Positions 18,434-29,385 of a DNA stretch of 64,000 nt are shown here, in pieces (positions within the stretch are counted from its first letter, which is position 1; each line of letters starts with the position of its first letter). Both the position numbers and the translations under genes were made by a program. Source of the DNA: Bythopirellula sp. (GTDB lineage Bacteria > Planctomycetota > Planctomycetia > Pirellulales > Lacipirellulaceae). Location of the stretch: assembly GCA_041737835.1 (NCBI GenBank), contig JBGSQY010000031.1. One strand, 5' to 3'. The notes beneath the pieces are model-generated. The model made no database searches. It was not told the DNA's origin and saw only the letters and a program-made list of their open reading frames with translations.

Positions 18434-19171
18434 TCATCGCACGTTTGGTGAGAGCAGCAAAGACGAGATCGCCCGATTTGCCGGCTCGGCTTTCGGCATG
18501 CTCGCCGAAGTAGTCCGCAACTTCTCGAGCAGCGCGGCAATCTTATCCTGAACAGGCTGAGTTTGTGAAACCACCAGCATTCCCGGCTTCATGAGGTGGG
18601 CAACCCCTTCCCCGCTCCCGTTCGTCATCCAAGAGTCGTACTCCACGCAATCGGTGATCACTTTCACGAGCGACGTGTAAGGGCTCTTTTCACCCTTCTT
18701 CCGCGGCGAGGTGTTGTCGACTAAGTCATCGACTTGATAAACAGCGATCACGAGATGCAAATTTGCCTCTTCTTGCGTCGTGATCAGCAGCACCTCATCG
18801 TTGACCATATAGGTGACGTCTTCGAGTCCAGGTTGACGAAGCATCAGGTTGAGTGCAGAACGTAAGGTGACATTTCGAAGATTGACGGTCACTTCTGTTT
18901 CAGGAGAGATCGCGACTTCATCCAGCGCCGCTGAATCAAAAACAATTGGAAATTGATATTCCTCTTGAAGATGATTCATTACCTCGTTGATGGGTATCTC
19001 CGAAAATTGAAGAGGCGATTTTAGTGGTGAATCGAGCAGCACCTCGATATCTTCCGGCGAAGCGAACGACGGAGCCTCTGATTTTGAATCCTTGTCGGAC
19101 TCGGCTCTGAGCACTGATGAGAAGGCCAAAACAACAACCGCCAACCAAGCCCCTAGAATAACCCGCGACAT
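18434..19171 (-). CDS. Secreted protein with STN/secretin N-terminal-like domain
   Basis: Signal peptide; [18 protein letters not shown]...EVLLITT; RBS GAGGAG. Confidence 0.6.
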   Translation of the reverse strand: MSRVILGAWLAVVVLAFSSVLRAESDKDSKSEAPSFASPEDIEVLLDSPLKSPLQFSEIPINEVMNHLQEEYQFPIVFDSAALDEVAISPETEVTVNLRNVTLRSALNLMLRQPGLEDVTYMVNDEVLLITTQEEANLHLVIAVYQVDDLVDNTSPRKKGEKSPYTSLVKVITDCVEYDSWMTNGSGEGVAHLMKPGMLVVSQTQPVQDKIAALLEKLRTTSASMPKAEPANRAISSLLLSPNVR

Positions 19172-19472
19172 AACATCGCTCCTCTCTCGCGCTAAATTTG
19201 CGCGAACGTCGGGAAAGATTCGGCGCGTGGTTCCGGACACGCAGCCTCAAGCGCCGGATAGCCTACTCCCGGTGGGGTGTTCGTGTCAAAGAAATTTCGA
19301 CGGTTTTTAATGAACCTTGCAGTTCCCGAACATTTCCCCCAGGCTTACCAATATCGACCCCAAAACCTCCGTTAGAAACTTGGCAGAATTTTTTCACCGC
19401 TACTGTCACAGTTCGAGGAACGCTTCCGTCTTAGTAGTAGAACAATCGACTGCCGTGCAATAATTCACTGTT

Positions 19473-19928
19473 ATGGAGGTGAAAATGATTCGTCTATTCC
19501 TAGGCCTCGCCGCAACGGTTTTACTTACCACAGCCCCTGCCTTGGCCCAGCATGGCAAGAGTCACGAAGACGGAGAATCTGTGAAGGTCGTCTCCGTTCG
19601 CGACATCATCGAGAAGCTCGACGGCAAAGAGAGTGCAGTATCCTTTGTCGAAGTCGAAATTGAGCCCGGCAAATCCGGTTTGCCTCATCGCCATCCGGGG
19701 CCCGGCTTCGTCTACGTACTCGAAGGCGAGTACGAACTCGGAATCGACGACCAGCCCACGCAAATCTTCAAGGCTGGTGAAACCTTCTACGAACCCTCAG
19801 GCTGTCTGCATCGGGTCTCCAGAAACCCGGCTAAGTCCGGCAAAACGCGTCTCTTGGCAGTCATCGTGCATCCGCGCGAAGCCAAGGAAGTCGCGACACC
19901 AGAACCGGCAACGGCCATAGCTCACTGA
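19473..19928 (+). CDS. Cupin domain protein, secreted
   Basis: HRHPGPGFVYVLEG...GETFYEPSGCLH. Confidence 0.9.
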   Translation: MEVKMIRLFLGLAATVLLTTAPALAQHGKSHEDGESVKVVSVRDIIEKLDGKESAVSFVEVEIEPGKSGLPHRHPGPGFVYVLEGEYELGIDDQPTQIFKAGETFYEPSGCLHRVSRNPAKSGKTRLLAVIVHPREAKEVATPEPATAIAH

Positions 19929-19998
19929 AACTGAATCGACTGCAAATTTGTCTTCAATTTAATCGCCGCCCATTCGCGGGCGGTAAGGAGAGTGTATC

Positions 19999-20742
19999 AT
20001 GAAGTACGTCATCGTTGGTGGTAGTGGTTTGATCGGTTCCCAAGTCGTGAATAAGCTCCGCGAGTTGGGTCATGAGGTGGTGGCCGCCTCGCCCCGGTCA
20101 GGCGTTAATGCCGTCACCAACGAAGGTTTGGCCACCGCGCTCACCGGCGCGGATGTGGTAGTCGACGTGTCGAACTCGCCGTCATTTGCCGATGATGATG
20201 TGCTCGAGTTTTTCAAGGCCTCGACAACCAATCTGCTCGCCGCGGAAAAAACCGCCGGTGTGAAGCATCACGTTGCGTTGTCGGTCGTAGGGGCTGATCG
20301 CCTCCCCGACAGCGGCTACATGCGCGCGAAAGTCGCTCAAGAAGACCTGATCAAAGCAGGTGAAATTCCGTACACAATTTTGCGAGCGACCCAATTCTTT
20401 GAATTCCTGGGAGCAATCGCCGAATCGAACGCCGATGGCAAAACAATCCACATGCCAACGGCCTTGATGCAGCCGGTGGCCGCTGAGGACGTCGCTGCGG
20501 CGGTGACCAACATCGCGCTCGACAAGCCTCAGAATATAATCGTGGAACTCGGCGGTCCCGAAGCGACCCCGCTCGACGAGTTGATTCGCCGCTGTCTCGC
20601 CGCGACGAACGACAATCGCGAAGTTGTCACCGATCCCAACGCCCGCTACTTCGGCACGCAGCTGGAAAAACGGTCGCTCGTCCCCGACGAAGGTGCCCGC
20701 ATCGGCAAAATCAATTTCGAGCAGTGGTACAGCAAACGCTGA
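19999..20742 (+). CDS. NmrA/atypical SDR NAD(P)-binding protein
   Basis: GGSGLIG, HHVALSVVG, GYMRAK. Confidence 0.9.
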   Translation: MKYVIVGGSGLIGSQVVNKLRELGHEVVAASPRSGVNAVTNEGLATALTGADVVVDVSNSPSFADDDVLEFFKASTTNLLAAEKTAGVKHHVALSVVGADRLPDSGYMRAKVAQEDLIKAGEIPYTILRATQFFEFLGAIAESNADGKTIHMPTALMQPVAAEDVAAAVTNIALDKPQNIIVELGGPEATPLDELIRRCLAATNDNREVVTDPNARYFGTQLEKRSLVPDEGARIGKINFEQWYSKR

Positions 20743-20940
20743 GATTTCGGACGCTTGTACTCCACTTCTTACTTTCCTGTTTCCGACTAGAGACTGTCAA
20801 ACTTTGACGGATATAACGCTTCTACGGCTGTGGAATAACCGCTTTTTTCGTTCTAACTCTGACAGGCTGACTTCCCCTTGCTGGAGTATCCGATACCAAA
20901 GTCATAAACGGTATGACCTTCACAACCGGCGAGTTGTTGC

Positions 20941-21309
20941 ATGGAAGTTCTACGTCGCTTCATAGTAGCAGTCTGTCTTGTACTGACTGCTAGCGGTTTG
21001 AGTGGAGTACAGGCTCAGGAGAATTTGGCCCCCATTGCCACTGAGCAAAAACTCGCAACATCATGCGATAGCAATCAGCTTGGACTTATGCTGTTTGCTC
21101 CACGCTATTTGTGTTGCAGATCCTGCTACGCATCTAAGCCTGAGCCCTGCATTCAATGCGGTTATCGACCCACGTGTGACTGCTATGTCTCCAAGCCGCT
21201 ACCGTGCTGTCCCCCAGTCGCGGGATGCACATGCGGGGCCTATTGCCGTAAACCCTTACCTTGCACCTTCCCCCAGCCGGTTTGCGCCCCCACTGCACTC
21301 TCACGCTAA
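20941..21309 (+). CDS. Small secreted Cys-rich protein with three Y-x-x-K-P-x-P-C repeats
   Basis: Signal peptide; YASKPEPC, YVSKPLPC, YCRKPLPC. Confidence 0.65.
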   Translation: MEVLRRFIVAVCLVLTASGLSGVQAQENLAPIATEQKLATSCDSNQLGLMLFAPRYLCCRSCYASKPEPCIQCGYRPTCDCYVSKPLPCCPPVAGCTCGAYCRKPLPCTFPQPVCAPTALSR

Positions 21310-21365
21310 ATTAACCGTCTGCTGACCGTCACTTCGCCCAGACCTGCGGGAAGTGACTGAAATTT

Positions 21366-22958
21366 ATGCGAAGAATCTCCAAAACATTCGATCAACACGG
21401 TTTAGCGTGGCTTCCTCGATTTATTGTCGCGGTCGTTACGCTCACCTTGTTATTCGATTGCACGGGTTGCACCAGTTTCAGAGATTACGTGCGGAATGGC
21501 TTCAAGGTGGGGCCCGAGTATTGCCAACCTGCCGCACCTGTTGCAGAAAACTGGATTGATGCTGCCACCGATTCACGAGTGCGGAACGATCGCGATGATC
21601 TGGCCGGATGGTGGACCGTGCTGGGTGATCCCAAACTCAACTATTTGGTCGATACGGCCTACCAGCAAAACTTAACGCTTAGAGAAGCCGGTTTTCGCAT
21701 CTTGGCCGCGCGTGCTCAACTCGGTTTTGCCGTCGGAAACGTCTTTCCACAATTCCAAACCGCGGACGGTGGATATACACGATTCGGCCTAGGAGATCAG
21801 TTCTTCGACCAATGGAATTTTGGTTTCAATCTCGGTTGGGAACTCGACTTCTGGGGCCGCTTCCGCCGAGCCGTGCGGGCAGCAGAAGCTACGCTTGATG
21901 CCTCGGTCGAGAACTACGACGCCGTGCTTGTGACATTGCTAGGCGACGTCGCTAACAACTACGTTTTGTATCGGACAACACAGGAACGAATTCGCCTGCT
22001 CGAAGACAACATCGCTGTCCAAGAGGACGTGCTTTCATTCATTACCGAAAGGTTGGCAGCGGGAGCAATCACCGAGGTCGATCGCGCGCAAGCCAGTAGC
22101 AATCTCGCGCAGAGCCGTGCTGCGCTCGATGAGTTGGAAATTCAGCGGCGACAAGTGGCCAACATTTTGTGCATTCTGCTCGGCATGCCGGTTCAAGATC
22201 TAACGTTGCTGCTCGATGGCGACGACACCGACAAAACAAATATCCCCACCACACCCGAGTATGTCGTCGTGGGTATACCCGCCGACCTGCTGCGGCGACG
22301 ACCCGATGTAAGACAAGCCGAGCGGATCGCAGCTGCTCAGGCCGAACAGATTGGTATCGCGGAGGCCGATTTCTATCCGGCCCTCACTTTAACCGGTACG
22401 CTCGGTTGGCAGGCTGCTAATTTTTCTGATCTGTTCAAAGATACGTCCCTCAATGCCGCCGTCGGTCCTGGTTTTCAGTGGAACATTCTCAACTATGGCC
22501 GTATTCTAAACAACGTTCGTTTCCAAGAGGCCCAGTTCCAGGCTTTAGTTGCAACTTACCAAAATACAGTATTGCAAGCTGATCTCGAGGTCGAGAACGC
22601 GATCGTCTCGTTCCTCAATTCTCAGGACCGTGCCCGCAATTTGAGAATCAGCGTCGAGGAATCGGCCCTCGCCTTGCGGATTGTGATCGGACAGTACGAG
22701 GAAGGTGCGGTCGACTTTAATCGCTACACGGTTCTCCAGCAGTCGCTGATTCAACAGCAGGATTTATGGGCCCAATCGCGCGGTCAAATCGCCCAGGGTT
22801 TGATTGATGTCTATCGCGGGCTTGGCGGCGGCTGGCAAATCCGACTGGCTCCACCACCAGACAAGCAGGGCATTCTGTCGCCCTTGGGTCCTGATCCGGA
22901 AGCCATTGAGGGTGACGACCTGCCTGTCGAAGTCGAGGAATTGCCGCCGGTCGAATAA
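21366..22958 (+). CDS. TolC/NodT-family outer-membrane efflux lipoprotein
   Basis: Lipobox-like TGC; WELDFWGRFRR; LLRRRPDVRQAER; IGIAEADFYP. Confidence 0.93.
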   Translation: MRRISKTFDQHGLAWLPRFIVAVVTLTLLFDCTGCTSFRDYVRNGFKVGPEYCQPAAPVAENWIDAATDSRVRNDRDDLAGWWTVLGDPKLNYLVDTAYQQNLTLREAGFRILAARAQLGFAVGNVFPQFQTADGGYTRFGLGDQFFDQWNFGFNLGWELDFWGRFRRAVRAAEATLDASVENYDAVLVTLLGDVANNYVLYRTTQERIRLLEDNIAVQEDVLSFITERLAAGAITEVDRAQASSNLAQSRAALDELEIQRRQVANILCILLGMPVQDLTLLLDGDDTDKTNIPTTPEYVVVGIPADLLRRRPDVRQAERIAAAQAEQIGIAEADFYPALTLTGTLGWQAANFSDLFKDTSLNAAVGPGFQWNILNYGRILNNVRFQEAQFQALVATYQNTVLQADLEVENAIVSFLNSQDRARNLRISVEESALALRIVIGQYEEGAVDFNRYTVLQQSLIQQQDLWAQSRGQIAQGLIDVYRGLGGGWQIRLAPPPDKQGILSPLGPDPEAIEGDDLPVEVEELPPVE

Positions 22959-23101
22959 TTCGTGGGTGCCCACGGAGAGTTAGTTGCCCCGCTGTGGCAA
23001 GGACTGGAATCGCTTATTCATCGCGATGCCGCCCCCTGCGGTTCTCCACAGGCGCTTGGCCCAGACTACTTTTAGTTTATGCCCATGAATATTATAGGGG
23101 C

Positions 23102-23596
23102 ATGAAACAATCCTCTACCAAAGTCAATGCTCCCAATCGGCGCTTGGGAGGCAACGCAATCCTGCCCGCAGGTGTCGCCGAGGTTGATGACCTCTTACGT
23201 ATCATTTTGGGGAACATCATTGATGTCGGAGATAAGGCCGCTCAGTTGCCACTTCGACAATTTCACGTATGTATTCTTCTCACACGCAGTCCCCTCTCGA
23301 TGTCGCAGCTCAGCGAAAAGCTACGCTGCTCGATGAGTGCCGCGACTCAGCTCGCTGACCGCTTGGAACGAACCGGCTTAATCACTCGGCTTTCCGACGA
23401 TACGGATCGCCGTGTCCGGTGTTTAAGTTTGACCGCGAAGGGCCGTCGTGCCCTGCAAACGCACGATGCAACTCGCCTGAAACGCCTGGCTAGCGTGTTC
23501 GAGGGAGTTGACGAAGCAACTCGCACAAAAATCATTGCCGGATTAAAGCTCTTCCAAGACGTCTGCCTGCGGGCGTCCACAAAAACTCAATCCTGA
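23102..23596 (+). CDS. MarR-family regulator
   Basis: LSMSQLSEKL...ATQLADRLERTGLITR...DRRVRCLSLTAKG. Confidence 0.85.
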   Translation: MKQSSTKVNAPNRRLGGNAILPAGVAEVDDLLRIILGNIIDVGDKAAQLPLRQFHVCILLTRSPLSMSQLSEKLRCSMSAATQLADRLERTGLITRLSDDTDRRVRCLSLTAKGRRALQTHDATRLKRLASVFEGVDEATRTKIIAGLKLFQDVCLRASTKTQS

Positions 23597-23607
23597 AGAT
23601 CACCTCC

Positions 23608-24924
23608 ATGAAGACGTTTATCACGACCATCCTCCTGATCTCGCTCGTCGCGGGAGGCGTAAAGCTCTACGGCGTGTATCAGAAATCTGGTTCCACCGTA
23701 CAATTTCGCGTGGCCAAAATTGAGCGCGGCGATGTGGTCGAATCCGTCGCCGCGACGGGCACCCTGGAGCCTGAAGAGCTGATTGATGTGGGCGCCCAAG
23801 TCGTCGGCCGGATCATTGAATTTGGCACCGATCCTTCCGGTAAGAGAGTTGACTATACCTCTACGGTCCAGGCAGGAACCGTTCTCGCAGTGATCGACGA
23901 CGCCGTTTATGTTGCGCAGCGTGATCAAGCGCAGGCAGCGCTCCAACGGGCTGAGGCGGATCTGCTGCAAATGCACGCCAGATTTGCCCAGGCCGAAGCC
24001 GAATGGAATCGTGCTCAGCGACTACAGGATTTGTCCACGAAACCCAAAGTGACAGGCAAATTACCAGTCTCCAAGGATTTGTCGGTGCAGATTCGTGGTA
24101 TTTCAGACGTTGATTTCGTGCTGGCCAAATCCAACTTTGAAGTTGCCAAGGCCAACATCAAGCTTGGCAAGGCTGCGGTGCAGCAAGCCCAATCAGCACT
24201 CGATCTGGCAGAAACCAATCTTGGGTACACCGTAATCACGTCGCCCGTCAAAGGCACGATTATCGATCGTCGAGTTAACATGGGCCAAACCGTGGTGGCC
24301 AGCCTGAACGCCCCAAGCTTGTTTCTGATCGCGACAGATTTAACACGCATGGAAGTATGGGCCTCCGTCAACGAAGCGGATATTGGACAACTCAAACTCG
24401 GGGCGCCCGTGACGTTTACCGTCGACGCATTTCCCGATGATTTTTTCAAAGGAAACGTCAAACAAATTCGCCTGAACGCCTCGATGACGCAGAACGTGGT
24501 CACATACACCGTCGTGGTCGCCACCGATAATTCTGACCGTAAGCTGCTTCCCTATTTGACGGCCGATGTGAGTTTTGAAGTCAACCGCCGAAACCAAGTT
24601 CTCACGGTTCCCAACGCGGCCCTGCGATATCAGCCTCGGGCGGAGCTTGTTGAATACGGAGACGCTTCGGCAGAGAATTCGGAAACTCGTGAAAGCGATG
24701 ATTCCAATGACAATGACGCAATTGTTTGGGTTCGTCGTGGAGAACGCGTCACGCCGATTCAGGTCAAGACGGGCGTGACCGATGGCACGAAGACGGAAAT
24801 CGAGTCGCCCGATCTGAAAGAAGGCCTCGAGATTGTCATGGGCGAAATTCAAGCGGGGCAAGCCACCGAGCAAGTCAACAATCCGTTTGCGCCACGCATG
24901 CCACGCTCGCGCCCCCGTTCGTAG
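23608..24924 (+). CDS. macA: MacA-like periplasmic adaptor (membrane fusion protein)
   Basis: VDVGAQVVG-like, ITSPVKGTIIDRRVNMGQTVVASLNAPSLF, VNEADIG. Confidence 0.9.
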   Translation: MKTFITTILLISLVAGGVKLYGVYQKSGSTVQFRVAKIERGDVVESVAATGTLEPEELIDVGAQVVGRIIEFGTDPSGKRVDYTSTVQAGTVLAVIDDAVYVAQRDQAQAALQRAEADLLQMHARFAQAEAEWNRAQRLQDLSTKPKVTGKLPVSKDLSVQIRGISDVDFVLAKSNFEVAKANIKLGKAAVQQAQSALDLAETNLGYTVITSPVKGTIIDRRVNMGQTVVASLNAPSLFLIATDLTRMEVWASVNEADIGQLKLGAPVTFTVDAFPDDFFKGNVKQIRLNASMTQNVVTYTVVVATDNSDRKLLPYLTADVSFEVNRRNQVLTVPNAALRYQPRAELVEYGDASAENSETRESDDSNDNDAIVWVRRGERVTPIQVKTGVTDGTKTEIESPDLKEGLEIVMGEIQAGQATEQVNNPFAPRMPRSRPRS

Positions 24925-24960
24925 GTCTTCAGTGGCTTTCAAAGCACGCAAAGGTTTGCC

Positions 24961-27189
24961 GTGGATCTCCTTAAGCTCGAAAACATAACGAAGACTTACC
25001 ATCTTGGTGAGATCGATGTGCCCGTTTTGAAGGGGATTTCGTTCAAGGTGCAACGGGGCGAGCTCGTGGCTCTGATGGGGGCGTCGGGTTCAGGCAAGAG
25101 CACTCTGATGAATGTGCTTGGTTGTCTCGACCGACCGACGGCTGGCAAATACTGGCTGGATGGTGAAGACATCAGTCGCTTGTCGTCGAACGAGCGGGCG
25201 CTCGTCCGCACGTCGAAGCTTGGGTTTGTCTTTCAGAGCTTTAATCTTTTGCCACGAACGACGGCCCTCAATAACGTGCTTATGCCGCTGGACTATTCCA
25301 GCGGCACGGTTGACATCGAAGCCATTCAGCGAGGTCGTGCTCTGTTGGAACGCGTTGGTCTAGGCGACCGTATCGATCATGTCCCCAGCCAAATGTCCGG
25401 TGGGCAACAGCAACGTGTGGCCATCGCTCGGGCGCTGGTGAATGATCCGCAATTGCTCCTCGCGGATGAGCCGACGGGTAATCTCGACTCACATACGAGC
25501 ATCGAGATTTTGGAAATGTTCCAGCAACTCAACGCTTCGGGCCTGACCGTCATGTTGGTCACCCATGATCCGAAGGTGGCGGCTTATGCAGACCGGGTCA
25601 TACGCGTCGTCGATGGTTTGATCGTCGAAGATGATCACGGAGGTCGCACGATCAACGTCGGCCTGAATTTGGAAACCAATGGCTCGGCGCCTGCTATTCA
25701 AGAAACCAATAATGCGGGAGGAGTTGCCACGCTTGTTGCGCCGCAACGTGTCACAACGCAGCCTGCTAAAACGAAAACAGCCTCAGAGAAGTCTCCGGTT
25801 CGCCAGTGGAGTGCAATGGGCTTGATGCCCGCCCCGCTGAGAACGGCACTCACGGCGCTTCGCCGTAACAAAATGCGTTCGGCCCTGACCGCTTTGGGCG
25901 TGATCATCGGCGTGGCCGCTGTAATCGCCATGGTCGAGATCAGCCAAGGTTCGCGCACGTCGCTCATGCAATCGATGTCCACCATGGGTGCCAACAACAT
26001 CATGGTCCGGTCCGGCGCGGCAGCGAGTGGGGGCATCAGTTTCGGCCAAGGCAGTTTGTTGACGCTCACGCCTGGCGATGCGGACGAAATTGCGGAGGCG
26101 TCTGCCGTCGAGGCGGCGGCCCCCGTTTTACAAATCCAAGGCCAAGTCGTTTACGGCAATCGCAACTGGATCCCTATGAATACCTTGGGGACCACTGGCG
26201 CTTACCTGCGCGTTCGTGATTGGGAAACGATGGAAGAAGGCGAGATGTTCACTGACCGAGATGTTCGCAATGCCAACAAAGTTTGTGTCATTGGGACGAC
26301 CCTCGCCCGCGAATTGTTTGATGGACAGTCACCCATTGGCGAAAATCTGCGCGTCAAGAATGTTTCCTTGCGAGTTGTCGGAGTTCTTTCGCGAAAAGGC
26401 TCGAATATGATGGGCATGGATCAGGACGACGTGCTCATCGCACCATGGACCACGATCAAATATCGGATTGCTGACAATTCGGCTGCGACGGCCGAAACTG
26501 CTGCAGCCACGAGCGACGCCACCTCGCAAGCGGTGAACTCCCTCAGCGAACTTTATCCGGGCTCGTCATCGCTCTACCCGCAGCAATCGGCGACACAGGC
26601 GGCGAATACACCTCAACCGGTCCGATTTACGAATGTCGATCAGATTATGGTCAAAGCCCGGTCCGCGACTGAAGTTGCCCAAGCGATGGACGAGATTACT
26701 TCAACGCTCCGTCAGCGCCATCGCATTAGGCCGGAAGAAAGTGACGACTTTAATCTCCGCGACATGACCGAGATGGTCAAAATGATGGGCTCAATGTCGG
26801 AGATGATGGGGGGGCTGCTGCTTATCGTGGCACTCATCTCCCTCGCTGTCGGCGGAGTCGGAATCATGAACATCATGCTCGTCTCGGTTACGGAGCGCAC
26901 CCGAGAGATTGGCCTACGCATGGCCGTCGGGGCACGCAGCTATCATATACTGCGGCAGTTTCTGATCGAAGCGATCGTCCTTTGTGTGGCCGGCGGGGCA
27001 ATCGGGATTCTTATCGGTCGCACGGCCTCATTCGCAGTCTGGTATTTTCTGCGCTGGCCGATCGCTGCCTCACTCCCCGCGATTGCAGCCGCCTTTATCG
27101 TCTCCGCGACAATCGGAGTTGCGTTCGGTTTCTATCCCGCCTGGAAAGCGTCGCGGCTGGACCCGATTGAAGCACTGCGCTACGAATAG
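24961..27189 (+). CDS. macB: MacB-like fused ABC ATPase-permease
   Basis: GASGSGKS, MSGGQQQR, LLADEPTGNLD; GGVGIMNIMLVSVTERTREIGLRMAVGA; LDPIEALRYE. Confidence 0.95.
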   Translation: MDLLKLENITKTYHLGEIDVPVLKGISFKVQRGELVALMGASGSGKSTLMNVLGCLDRPTAGKYWLDGEDISRLSSNERALVRTSKLGFVFQSFNLLPRTTALNNVLMPLDYSSGTVDIEAIQRGRALLERVGLGDRIDHVPSQMSGGQQQRVAIARALVNDPQLLLADEPTGNLDSHTSIEILEMFQQLNASGLTVMLVTHDPKVAAYADRVIRVVDGLIVEDDHGGRTINVGLNLETNGSAPAIQETNNAGGVATLVAPQRVTTQPAKTKTASEKSPVRQWSAMGLMPAPLRTALTALRRNKMRSALTALGVIIGVAAVIAMVEISQGSRTSLMQSMSTMGANNIMVRSGAAASGGISFGQGSLLTLTPGDADEIAEASAVEAAAPVLQIQGQVVYGNRNWIPMNTLGTTGAYLRVRDWETMEEGEMFTDRDVRNANKVCVIGTTLARELFDGQSPIGENLRVKNVSLRVVGVLSRKGSNMMGMDQDDVLIAPWTTIKYRIADNSAATAETAAATSDATSQAVNSLSELYPGSSSLYPQQSATQAANTPQPVRFTNVDQIMVKARSATEVAQAMDEITSTLRQRHRIRPEESDDFNLRDMTEMVKMMGSMSEMMGGLLLIVALISLAVGGVGIMNIMLVSVTERTREIGLRMAVGARSYHILRQFLIEAIVLCVAGGAIGILIGRTASFAVWYFLRWPIAASLPAIAAAFIVSATIGVAFGFYPAWKASRLDPIEALRYE

Positions 27190-27216
27190 TTCTAAGACAA
27201 AGACATTGAGATTGTC

Positions 27217-27256
27217 AAAAAACAAAGCGGGCGGTCGCCTTTGGCAACCACCCGCT
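27217..27256 (-). terminator. Intrinsic terminator between convergent macB and PilZ-like gene
   Basis: GC-rich hairpin followed by T-tract on the minus strand. Confidence 0.7.
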
Positions 27257-27318
27257 CAGAGGGAGGGGAGAAACCCGACTCGCGCAGTGCCACGCACACC
27301 GCACGCGCCGTCTGCTTA

Positions 27319-27690
27319 CTAAGCGGTTCGACCAAGCGGCAGGACAAATCGTCCGCCGCTGGTATAGCGATGACGTTGATCGAAGCGGCACCACGTGAGC
27401 TCCACTTTCACCGAGTGGGTGCTCATGCCGCGCTTCTCAAACGTCACGATCACGTGTCTTGCCGTGAGGGGCACCAAATGATTGAAAGCGATCGTGCGTT
27501 CGTCGATTTCCACGACAACCACCGTCCACGGCGCCGCGGGGCGGCCCAGTTCGTCGAGTGGTGTGACCCGTGCCCGCAACGCACTGCTGGGCAGCGATTG
27601 TTGGGGAAACTCGGTCAAATTGATCAAGCCCGCTTCTTGGTCTTGATCCGTGTCGAGATCGACATCGCAGCAATCATCATCGTGAGTCAT
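27319..27690 (-). CDS. PilZ-like hypothetical protein
   Basis: ELTWCRF...YTSGGRF C-terminal pattern; start ATG 27690. Confidence 0.5.
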   Translation of the reverse strand: MTHDDDCCDVDLDTDQDQEAGLINLTEFPQQSLPSSALRARVTPLDELGRPAAPWTVVVVEIDERTIAFNHLVPLTARHVIVTFEKRGMSTHSVKVELTWCRFDQRHRYTSGGRFVLPLGRTA

Positions 27691-28185
27691 ACGGCTGCCC
27701 TCAAGCATAAAACGATAAGTCAAGGAAAAGCGACAGTTGTTCGGAAACACGCTGTCGTGAAAGTTAAAAGTTGCCTGCCGACGGGACCCCCATCCCATCG
27801 GCAGGCCAATTTCACGCATCGCTCTTGAGTTGTTGCCAACCCGCTTGCCGCTCGAGCACGAAGCGACAAAGAGTCTCTGCGTTGATTAGCCACGCGTGCG
27901 AACGATTAAGAGGAGCCATTCTAAAGTTCGTTCGTTGCGTCGCTGCTGTGTTCTGAGCAAATCTACACGCCAACGAAAAGCGCGGCGGAGATATTTTGAA
28001 AAATCGAGACCAAATTTATTCAAGCCGCGAGCAACAACCGACAGGTCCGTCAGGCTTTAACAAATCGTGGTGCGATCAAGTATTTACGAACGAACACGCC
28101 GATTGTGCCACCACATATCACAATCAAATCAACGCGCGCATCACCGTTAGCCGGCATCGTCCCGATGCCGTTTAGCCCTGAGAAC

Positions 28186-28659
28186 TCACGCCAACTCTTT
28201 CAGCGCCGCCAGCACCTGCTCATCGTGCCCGTCGACTTGCACCCGCTTCCAAACCTTGGCCACTTTGCCGTCGGCATCAATCAGATAGGTGCTCCGCTGA
28301 ATGCCCATCGACACCTTGCCATACATGTTCTTCTCGCGCCAAGCGCCATACTTCTCCGCGACCTTATGATCGGTATCCGACAGTAGCGGAAAATTCAGCT
28401 TGTACTTGTCGCGGAATTTCTCGTGGCTGGCCGTATCGTCGGCACTCACCCCCAGCACAACCGCGCCAGCTTTCTTGAGCGGAGCTTGGGCATCGCGAAA
28501 CGCGCAGGCTTCCTTGGTACAACCGGGAGTGTCATCCTTGGGATAAAAATAGAGCACAACCGGTTTCCCGGCAAAATCGCTCAGGCGGACTTTGCTGCCA
28601 TCATCGGCCGTCAGGGTAAATGCGGGGGCCTTCTGACCCGGTTCAAGCCATTCGCTCAT
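28186..28659 (-). CDS. bcp: Thioredoxin-dependent peroxiredoxin Bcp
   Basis: [16 protein letters not shown]. Confidence 0.95.
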   Translation of the reverse strand: MSEWLEPGQKAPAFTLTADDGSKVRLSDFAGKPVVLYFYPKDDTPGCTKEACAFRDAQAPLKKAGAVVLGVSADDTASHEKFRDKYKLNFPLLSDTDHKVAEKYGAWREKNMYGKVSMGIQRSTYLIDADGKVAKVWKRVQVDGHDEQVLAALKELA

Positions 28660-28871
28660 CGTGTGATCCTTTTTTCCAGTCGCGTGTCTGTAAGCATCGG
28701 AACCAGCATGTTTTGCAGCACATTTTTCGTCCCGACAAGCCCCCTGTCGATGGGCCACGGGACCGACTAAAATGGGAGGCTCCAATAACCGCTAGAACGA
28801 GAGTAGAGTTAACCATCGTCGAAACCTTACCCAACGCCGAACGTGCCGCTGAGCGCAGCCTACAACTGGCC

Positions 28872-29231
28872 ATGGCCGCTGCGCGCACGGCTGATGACAA
28901 CCGCGGACTAGATATCGTCGTGCTCGACATGCGCTCGATCACGCCCGTCTTTGATTATTTTGTGATCGCGACCGGCAACAGCCGCCGCCAATTGCACGCC
29001 ATCAGCGAAGAGATCGACCGCTGCCTGGAAAAAGAGCTCGGCGACAAGCGAATGGGCATCGAAGGCTATAGCGAAAGCCGCTGGATTCTATTGGACTACG
29101 GCACGGTCGTGATTCATTTGTTCGACGAAGAGACGCGTGACTTCTACGCGCTCGAACAATTCTGGGGCGCCGCCCAAAAAGTGCCACTGCCGTTTGAAAC
29201 CAGAAAGTCCTCCGACGAATCCGCAAACTAA
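28872..29231 (+). CDS. rsfS: Ribosome silencing factor (start uncertain)
   Basis: DIVVLDM...DYFVIATGNSRRQ...WILLDYGTVVIHLF...FYALEQFW. Confidence 0.92.
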   Translation: MAAARTADDNRGLDIVVLDMRSITPVFDYFVIATGNSRRQLHAISEEIDRCLEKELGDKRMGIEGYSESRWILLDYGTVVIHLFDEETRDFYALEQFWGAAQKVPLPFETRKSSDESAN

Positions 29232-29385
29232 AACAATTTTTATGCAGAGTTCTTCTGTTATGAACCGCTGATAGACGCTCATTGTCGCTTATAAGAATAA
29301 TGGCTTTCATGAGCGAACATTAGCGTCTATCAGCGGTTTGCGAATTACGACTCTGCGTGAAACTCTCTCTCCGTAAGCGAATTGC

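Noticed and set aside
17563-18513. 316-aa plus-strand ORF
   Set aside because: Shadow of fhcD
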